DNA of 19,869 nucleotides from Acinetobacter guillouiae CIP 63.46 (GTDB lineage Bacteria; Pseudomonadota; Gammaproteobacteria; Pseudomonadales; Moraxellaceae): NCBI RefSeq assembly GCF_000368145.1, contig NZ_KB849283.1, positions 688,455 to 708,323 of the forward strand, read 5' to 3'. Shown piece by piece: positions 13,247 to 19,869 of this stretch (position 1 is its first letter; each line of letters starts with the position of its first letter). The notes under the pieces were generated by a model. It saw only the letters and a program-made list of their open reading frames with translations, ran no database searches and was not told where the DNA came from. The position numbers and the translations under genes were made by a program.

Positions 13247-14923
13247 TCAGTTATCTTGATGAACAGTGATTTTTTCAATACTGAGTGTTGATTTTTGACT
13301 TAAACCAATAGGTTCAACATAAAGTTGTAAATCATCTAATTCTTGAATCTGATTATTAAGATAAAGCTCATCAACATATTCTGTAATATCGATAGATAAA
13401 TTGATCCCTAAACCAGAATGTTCTCCATTTTGTTTAGATGCATTGATTAAACCAAACAATGCAACGGATTTTAAAGTCTGCTGATTTGGTGTTTTTATTG
13501 ATAAAAATACCCCTTCTTGATTTCCCTTAATGCCTTCTACTAGTAAATAAAATTTACTTGGAGTAATTAACTTTTTAAGATTTTGTTCTATTACTTGAAC
13601 TACTGACTTAAATCCATTTTTTAATTGTGGATTTTTTTTATCTATTGAGATCGATACAGGTGTTAAGCCTGTAATTTGGATTTTACTTGTTGTTGATCCT
13701 ATGAGTTCAATATCTGTTTTCTCCTGATTAAATTTATCTAAACCAAATTTTTTCATTCTAAGAAGTACTTTATTCGAAGTACTGGCAGGGCTGAGTTTTG
13801 TCCCAAATGCTACTGTATAGGTATAAGACGAAGTATATTGATAATTCAACTCTTCTTCATTAGTTACATCTTTAGGGACAAAATCCCAATTAGTTTCATC
13901 TGGATTTGGGACAATAAATGGTGATCTAAGCTCAGGAGATAACCAAGTATCGTCTGTTGGATTGGTATTGTTTGTTGGATCTATATGATCGTAGTTATTC
14001 CAAACACTCCAGAGGCGATCAATATTGGCATGATGCACATAAAAAAGCGGATCTAGTGCTGCAAAATTAGGATCATTCATCAAACCGAATGTGCCAACCC
14101 CACCAACTAATACATGCATGATGTTATGAGGGTACTGTTCAACTGAACCCGTACCAGACCTATGACCATCATGTGAAAAATTAGTTTCCCCACCACCAAA
14201 ACCTAATTCCTTGACAATATCATTATCTATTTTTGAAGTAAAATTTAATGTATACAATGAATTTATGGTTTCTTTATTTAAATCAAAATCAGGTTTTGCT
14301 TCTTGTAATTGGTTTAAGTTAATAAATGTTTGATCCCTTAGATCGGCTGGATTGGGATACCGTTGTTGTAAATAAAGAGGATTTGATTCTCCATTAAAGG
14401 TCTTTTGAGTGAAAGCTGGAGGAATGCTTATTGAATTAAGATTCGAATAATCTTTGTCATTATAGTCCCAATAAGGTAAAGCCCAGTCATCTGGACCACC
14501 AAGCTTTATAATATGCTTACGTAAAATTGTTTCAATAGCGAGTAAATATCCTCTATGCCAGGGTAAAAAGAACCATGTTGCGTGTTGGCATTGGTTCCAT
14601 AACCCATCACCCGTTTCTACATCATGAATTTTAATAAGTGCTTGCACATTAATTTTTTGGAATTCTGGAAAATCTATAAGCTTATGCCAATTTAACTGCT
14701 CTTTTCCTGTATCATCCACATCATCCATGGTTATTCCATGCATTGCACCAAAGAATCCCCAGCTATTATGGTCTTCTAAAGGTAATTTACGCATTTCTGC
14801 AACAGCTTTCGCATACCAATAAAGGTCTTTATTTCCTTTTTCCGGATTAGAAATAAAGGCCTCATCATCTAGCAATACCCCACAATTTTCCCAAACACTT
14901 CTTCTGATATAATTTTTAGCCAT
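13247..14923 (-). CDS. Tyrosinase / type-3 copper polyphenol oxidase with a C-terminal extension, 558 aa
   Basis: CuA motif: CQHATWFFLPWHRGY (H-x8-H). CuB motif: HNIMH...DPLFYVHHANIDRLW. An AAGGTAG Shine-Dalgarno is present. There is no signal peptide. Confidence 0.92.
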   Translation of the reverse strand: MAKNYIRRSVWENCGVLLDDEAFISNPEKGNKDLYWYAKAVAEMRKLPLEDHNSWGFFGAMHGITMDDVDDTGKEQLNWHKLIDFPEFQKINVQALIKIHDVETGDGLWNQCQHATWFFLPWHRGYLLAIETILRKHIIKLGGPDDWALPYWDYNDKDYSNLNSISIPPAFTQKTFNGESNPLYLQQRYPNPADLRDQTFINLNQLQEAKPDFDLNKETINSLYTLNFTSKIDNDIVKELGFGGGETNFSHDGHRSGTGSVEQYPHNIMHVLVGGVGTFGLMNDPNFAALDPLFYVHHANIDRLWSVWNNYDHIDPTNNTNPTDDTWLSPELRSPFIVPNPDETNWDFVPKDVTNEEELNYQYTSSYTYTVAFGTKLSPASTSNKVLLRMKKFGLDKFNQEKTDIELIGSTTSKIQITGLTPVSISIDKKNPQLKNGFKSVVQVIEQNLKKLITPSKFYLLVEGIKGNQEGVFLSIKTPNQQTLKSVALFGLINASKQNGEHSGLGINLSIDITEYVDELYLNNQIQELDDLQLYVEPIGLSQKSTLSIEKITVHQDN

Positions 14924-15249
14924 AATCTTCTACCTTGTTATAAAATGAAGTCTTTTAAAGTTTTAACTTTTGATTGAATTTTATTCAAAATAACAAAATA
15001 AAATTTAATGTGCAACGAAATCATTAATTTACAAAAGGCTATTTACAAGCTATTTCGTCAATTAACACTCATTAATACAACAAAAATTTATACAGTTGGA
15101 ATAGAAAATAAGAATTGCCAATTAAGACACAAAATAAAATCTATGGCTTCAGCAAATATTTTGAAAAATGGAAAAATTATTATTTAAGTCTTTACGAAAC
15201 AAAAAAATAAGTACAATATGTATAAATATTAATCACATAAAAACCAAAC

Positions 15250-17334
15250 ATGAAAAACTATATTACTATTTTAACACTATTAGCACCAACACCACTCTAT
15301 GCAGGTATTCAAAACCCTCCTCTTTTTAATAACAGCAATATAGATTCAAATTTTGTTTCTATTGATTTAGAAGTCGATAAGAAGCTCGGCGAAATTTATA
15401 ATCCTGTGACAAACCGAATTGATTCGGTCGAACTCCGCCAATATATCGATCCACACAACCCCTTAGCCAATCAATTTGTTGCTCCAACTATTCAAATTAA
15501 GCAAGGGAAGTCATTAAAAGTAAATTTAATGAATAATTTACCTTTATATGAGTATAAAAAAAATAATGGTGAGATCGAAAAGACGCCGAATTGTCGTGAT
15601 GAACATAATACGATTGGTTGTATTAATACCACTAACCTGCATACTCATGGATTGCAAGTCAATCCTGAATATACTGTTATGCCTAGTAAGGATGGCAAAG
15701 ATAAAGGTATTGCAGCTGATAATGTTTTTATTAAAATTAATCCAAAAGAAAAACAAGATTATCAATTTGATATTCCTAAGGATCATCCTGCTGGAACTTA
15801 TTGGTATCACGCACATTTACATGGTTCTACAGCATTACAAGTGACTAGCGGTATGGCTGGTGTTCTAATTATTGAAGGTAATCGATTACCAAAATTTGAT
15901 GGGAAATCTTTTGAGCAAAAGGGTGATTTTGATGTCCTGTGGAAAGCCAAAAAACCATCAAAAATTTCTTTAAATAATATTCAGCATAAAATTTCAGCCG
16001 ACAGCAATAATGATCTGATCATGGTTTTTCAACAAATACAGTACATTTGTGGTGATAACCAAAAGCTGTATAAAGTAAACTGTGAAACTAATGAAATTGG
16101 ACACCTAGATGGTGATGTTGAAATTAAAATAAGTGATACTGATAAATATAAATTGCTTAGCCCAAGTGGTTGGAAAAAGTCAGGACGCTATACCTCTATT
16201 AATGGTAATGTGCTCGGTCAAATAGATTTAAATCAAAATGAATTTTATCGTTGGCGTATGATTCATGGTGGTGTGCGAGATACCATTGGTCTACGAGTTT
16301 ATAAGTTGGAAAAACCAATCAACACGCAAGACAAGCCTAATTTTATTGCCGAATGTCAAAAAGCTGCAAAACTCAACAATGCAATCAATTATTCAATCGT
16401 GGCACAAGATGGTTTAACCACGAATGCTATTCAGCAAACCAATACTATCTTATTACAACCTGGCTATCGATATGATGCGATATTTAATTTTAAAGATGCG
16501 GGTCAATACTGTGTAGTGGATAATGATAAATTTCCAGATTCATTTAAGGTCAATACAAATATTGAGGCAAAATCATCAACTGATACACCAGATCCAGATA
16601 AAGTTCTTGCTATTGTAAATGTTAAAGTAAGTTCTAGCCCTACAATTACATTAAAAGAGTTTTTAAAGTCAAAAGTTGAAGATATAACCCTAAGTAATGG
16701 TCAACAGCTTGATGCTATTACACAAAAACAAATTAAATCTGATTTAGATAATAATTTAATCACGGCTTTTATCCCATTAGATTCTTTACAAAATATTGAA
16801 AGTAGTAATAGCAACATCAAAATAGGTCAACAACAGCTTAATTTTAATATTAGCAAAGTCTTTGGTATAAGTAATGAAAAGTTTAACGCTGATTTAGCAC
16901 TTCCTTATGGCGATAATTTAAACCGCTATTTAACTTTAAATGGAATTGATGAATGGACCTTAACATCTACTCTTGCGGGACATCCTTTCCATATTCATGT
17001 GAATCCTTTTCAAATTCAATCCGTATATAAGGTTGATGGTTCAAACAATCGTATAGGTGGAGATATAACTTTAGAGAAAAATACTAATCCTTTATTTAAT
17101 GGTTTAAATGGTGTGTGGAAGGATACTCTTTTTGTTCCAACGGGTTATGAGATTGTGGTCAGAACCAAGTATGAAAAATTCACAGGAGACTTTGTCTTAC
17201 ACTGTCATATCTTAGATCATGAAGATCAAGGCATGATGCAAAATGTCCGTATTTGTGACCCGAATGATAAAGACTGTAAAACAAGACCATTTGGATCTGT
17301 TGTACCTGCAGGGCTTCATTCACATGTACATTAA
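15250..17334 (+). CDS. Secreted multicopper oxidase (laccase-like), 694 aa
   Basis: All four MCO motifs are present: HTHGL, WYHAHLHG, HPFHIHVNPF, HCHILDHEDQGMM. It has an N-terminal signal-like sequence (MKNYITILTLLAPTPLYAG). Confidence 0.93.
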   Translation: MKNYITILTLLAPTPLYAGIQNPPLFNNSNIDSNFVSIDLEVDKKLGEIYNPVTNRIDSVELRQYIDPHNPLANQFVAPTIQIKQGKSLKVNLMNNLPLYEYKKNNGEIEKTPNCRDEHNTIGCINTTNLHTHGLQVNPEYTVMPSKDGKDKGIAADNVFIKINPKEKQDYQFDIPKDHPAGTYWYHAHLHGSTALQVTSGMAGVLIIEGNRLPKFDGKSFEQKGDFDVLWKAKKPSKISLNNIQHKISADSNNDLIMVFQQIQYICGDNQKLYKVNCETNEIGHLDGDVEIKISDTDKYKLLSPSGWKKSGRYTSINGNVLGQIDLNQNEFYRWRMIHGGVRDTIGLRVYKLEKPINTQDKPNFIAECQKAAKLNNAINYSIVAQDGLTTNAIQQTNTILLQPGYRYDAIFNFKDAGQYCVVDNDKFPDSFKVNTNIEAKSSTDTPDPDKVLAIVNVKVSSSPTITLKEFLKSKVEDITLSNGQQLDAITQKQIKSDLDNNLITAFIPLDSLQNIESSNSNIKIGQQQLNFNISKVFGISNEKFNADLALPYGDNLNRYLTLNGIDEWTLTSTLAGHPFHIHVNPFQIQSVYKVDGSNNRIGGDITLEKNTNPLFNGLNGVWKDTLFVPTGYEIVVRTKYEKFTGDFVLHCHILDHEDQGMMQNVRICDPNDKDCKTRPFGSVVPAGLHSHVH

Positions 17335-17376
17335 ATGTATTAGTTCAGATCTGATCAAACATTGATCTTGAAAAAG

Positions 17377-17434
17377 AGAAAGTTACCCGTTTTGATAAAG
17401 GTGTCGAATCTTAATCAAACAAAGGTAACTTTCT
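17377..17434 (+). terminator. Long imperfect hairpin downstream of the MCO gene
   Basis: AGAAAGTTACC ... GGTAACTTTCT form 11-bp outer arms, with an inner TTTGATAA/TTAATCAAA pairing. There is no clean U-tract. Confidence 0.35.
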
Positions 17435-17710
17435 TATGTTGCATACTAACAATCAAATATAAAGTAGGCTTACTCAATTTAATAACAACTTTGTTCCAGC
17501 AAAAATTACTTCTTAAAATCAAATCATAGTAGATAAAACACAATAAAAACCATTCTTAACGCCTTCACCTTTACCAGAGTTAAAAAAAGCTGTCGATAAA
17601 ATCATATCACCAAACTGGTACCTTAAAAAATATTAAAAGTGTATCTTATGGCAATACCACATTAAAAATACACTCTACTACTTCTTTTTAAAATCTTAGG
17701 GGTAGAGTTT

Positions 17711-18898
17711 ATGTCTTTTCAACATCATTCTAATGATTTTCTTCCCCCCATTATGGCAGGTTTAATTTCGGTCATCGTCAATTATGGTGGTACCTTTATT
17801 TTAATCTTCCAAGCTGCGCAGATGGCTGGTCTTAGCCCTGAACTCACTGCCTCATGGGTGTGGTCTATTTCTATTGGGGTTGGTATCACTGGAATATTAT
17901 TAAGTTGGTATACCCGAGAACCCATTATCACTGCATGGTCTACGCCTGCCGCTGCATTTTTAATTACTACGCTTGTAACCGTGCCATATTCCGAAGCAAT
18001 TGGCGCATATTTACTTTCTGCACTGGCTTTTGTGATCTTGGGAATTACGGGCTATTTTGAAAAATTGATTGGTCTAATTCCAACGGGTATTGCCTCTGGT
18101 CTCTTGGCAGGTATTTTATTGCAATTTGGGATTGCAGCCTTTACCAATATGACAATTGATCCTTTTTTGGCTATTTCATTATTTTTTATTTACCTGATCA
18201 CCAAGCGTTTTTCTGCAAGATTTGCCATTATTAGTGTCTTGATTTTTGGCTTTATTTTCTTACTTTTACAATCACGGATTGATTTCTCTGGATTTGAACT
18301 AAAATTAGCCTCGCCTATTTTTACCACGCCAACTTTTTCTATAAACTCGATACTGAGTGTTGCCTTACCTTTATTTTTAATTACCTTAACAGGACAATAT
18401 ATGCCAGGTTTACTGGTTCTTAAAAATGATGGTTTTCACACCAATGCTAAACCGATTCTTATCGTGACAGGCTTAGGTTCGTTCCTCATGGCTCCGTTTG
18501 GTTCACATGCGTTTAATCTTGCTGCGATCACTGCTGCAATTTGCACTGGAAAGGAATCCCACGAAGATCCTTCAAAACGCTGGATTTCAGGGATTGCCGC
18601 AGGTGTGTTTTATATTTTTGTTGGAATTTTTGGTGTAACGTTAGCAGCTGTCTTTGCAGCGTTTCCAGTCGCTTTTATAAGTACTCTAGCAGGACTTGCA
18701 TTATTAGGTACAATTGCTGGAAGTCTTGCAAATGCGATGAGTGATATCGATTGCCGAGAAGCCTCACTTATTACCTTTCTCTCAACGACAGCCAATATCA
18801 GTTTGTTTGGTGTTGGGGGTGCATTTTGGGGTTTGGTTTTAGGTCTAATTTCATATCTTGTAGTCAATGGAAAATTCAAAACCAAGACACTTTCTTGA
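17711..18898 (+). CDS. benE: BenE-family benzoate:H+ symporter-like membrane protein, 395 aa
   Basis: Polytopic membrane protein with length and N-terminal region (GGTFILIFQAAQMAGLS...AWSTPAAAFL) typical of the BenE/YdcO family. Confidence 0.88.
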   Translation: MSFQHHSNDFLPPIMAGLISVIVNYGGTFILIFQAAQMAGLSPELTASWVWSISIGVGITGILLSWYTREPIITAWSTPAAAFLITTLVTVPYSEAIGAYLLSALAFVILGITGYFEKLIGLIPTGIASGLLAGILLQFGIAAFTNMTIDPFLAISLFFIYLITKRFSARFAIISVLIFGFIFLLLQSRIDFSGFELKLASPIFTTPTFSINSILSVALPLFLITLTGQYMPGLLVLKNDGFHTNAKPILIVTGLGSFLMAPFGSHAFNLAAITAAICTGKESHEDPSKRWISGIAAGVFYIFVGIFGVTLAAVFAAFPVAFISTLAGLALLGTIAGSLANAMSDIDCREASLITFLSTTANISLFGVGGAFWGLVLGLISYLVVNGKFKTKTLS

Positions 18899-18948
18899 CC
18901 CTACTGGACTAAAGAACTGATAGTGTTTATAAAATAATCATTTATAAA

Positions 18949-18977
18949 CAGCATATTGCCTTTAAATATGCTGTTTT
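18949..18977. terminator. Intrinsic terminator between convergent benE and the ybfF-like gene
   Basis: CAGCATATT-gcctTTa-AATATGCTG followed by TTTT. It is preceded by a second hairpin, GTTTATAAA-N7-TTTATAAAC (18925..18949). Confidence 0.7.
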
Positions 18978-18999
18978 AATTTATTCAGAGCCTAAAACC

Positions 19000-19770
19000 T
19001 CATTCTATAAACCCAGAGATCATTTGATTGACTACAGCCGGTTTTTCAGCATGTAACCAATGCCCGACTTGTTCAATGACTTTAACTTGGCTATGACTAA
19101 ACTGGGTTTCGATTGCAGAAAAATGTTCAGCTTTTGAGATATAGGGTGAGTTTCCACCTTTAATAAACAATGCTGGAATAGGATTCACCTGCTGATTTTC
19201 CCAACTTAAAATATCGGCATAATGATTAAATAAAGCTTGGACATTAAACAGCCATTTTCCCTTACTGAATGATTTTAATAAAAATTGAATCACCATTTCT
19301 TCTTTTAAGTATTGACGCATAATCTCTGTAGCTTCTTTACGAGATTCAATCTGTGCATTTTCAACCGCAAATAAGGCTTTAAAAATTTGATCATGGTGAT
19401 TTTCTTGATATGCAAAAGGTGTCATATCCAAGACAATCATTTTTTGCATACGATCTTGCGCTAAATCTGCAAGTTTCATTGCAATTTTTCCACCCATAGA
19501 ATGTCCAATCGCAATAAACTTTTCAATATTTAAATGATCAAGTGTTTGCAAAACATCCTGAGCCATCAATTGATAATTCATTTCATCTGAATGTGCAGAA
19601 TGGCCATGATTTCGAACATCAATTTGCAATAAGTTGAATTTACCTTGAAATTCACGTGCAATAATGCCCAAATTACTTAAACTTCCAAATAACCCGTGAA
19701 TCAATACCAGTGTGGTTTTTTGAGTCCCATTGCTATCTTGAGCTTGATCGTATTGATAATTCAGTAACAT
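19000..19770 (-). CDS. ybfF: Alpha/beta-hydrolase esterase, YbfF-like, 256 aa
   Basis: Colinear with E. coli YbfF as remembered: LVLIHGLFGSLSNLG vs IVLVHGLFGSLDNLG; nucleophile elbow GHSMGGK; VIQFLLKSF; GHWLHAEKP. The start is taken at Met27 (ATG at 19770). The ORF-track start at 19848 adds a non-homologous 26 aa. Confidence 0.88.
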   Translation of the reverse strand: MLLNYQYDQAQDSNGTQKTTLVLIHGLFGSLSNLGIIAREFQGKFNLLQIDVRNHGHSAHSDEMNYQLMAQDVLQTLDHLNIEKFIAIGHSMGGKIAMKLADLAQDRMQKMIVLDMTPFAYQENHHDQIFKALFAVENAQIESRKEATEIMRQYLKEEMVIQFLLKSFSKGKWLFNVQALFNHYADILSWENQQVNPIPALFIKGGNSPYISKAEHFSAIETQFSHSQVKVIEQVGHWLHAEKPAVVNQMISGFIE

Positions 19771-19869
19771 TAAAAACCACCCAGAATTTAAATATTGCTC
19801 TTGCGCTATGATGACAAGAAGAGAAATGCAGAACAATAGCTTTATCATTCATTAACAATACTGCGACTT

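Noticed and set aside
19771-19848. 26-aa N-terminal extension of the YbfF-like esterase
   Set aside because: The hydrophobic extension has no counterpart in YbfF. Homology and length (256 vs about 254 aa) fit the ATG at 19770.
1-19869. Search for CRISPR arrays, tRNA/rRNA genes, IS elements, integrases and toxin-antitoxin or known defence-system genes
   Set aside because: No spaced short repeats, no cloverleaf-like or rRNA-like segments, and no transposase, integrase or recombinase ORFs were seen. The only long repeat is the 2198-bp phage duplication.

Overview
The window has two parts.

(1) 1..8466 is an integrated Ff-like filamentous phage (inovirus) region, coded on the minus strand.
- It contains an exact 2198-bp direct repeat: 1..2198 = 6269..8466, offset 6268 bp.
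- The repeat duplicates the replication/lysogeny module: gV-like protein, gpII with a nested gpX, a divergent RHH regulator, an Ff-like ori hairpin, and a pair of inverted dif-like sites.
- Between the two copies sits a single morphogenesis module: gVII/IX-like, gVIII major coat, gIII-like, gVI-like and gI/Zot.
- There is no secretin, integrase or transposase gene.
- The phage/chromosome junction (8466|8467) falls exactly at the outer edge of an XerC-type arm.
- The paired inverted dif-like sites can fold into a forked hairpin like CTXphi attP(+).
- A third dif/pdif-like site with a canonical TGTATA central region lies inside the phage at 6258..6285.

(2) 8467..19869 is chromosomal DNA, Acinetobacter-like by composition and protein similarity (inference only).
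- Genes: LysR regulator divergent from lrgA/lrgB-like genes, an HcaT-family MFS transporter, BenE and a YbfF-like esterase.
- It also holds a visibly more AT-rich block with a tyrosinase, a downstream His-rich membrane protein (PpoB2/DUF2182-like) and a divergent secreted multicopper oxidase.

I saw no rRNA, tRNA, CRISPR array or IS element. All homology statements come from motifs and remembered sequences, not from searches.
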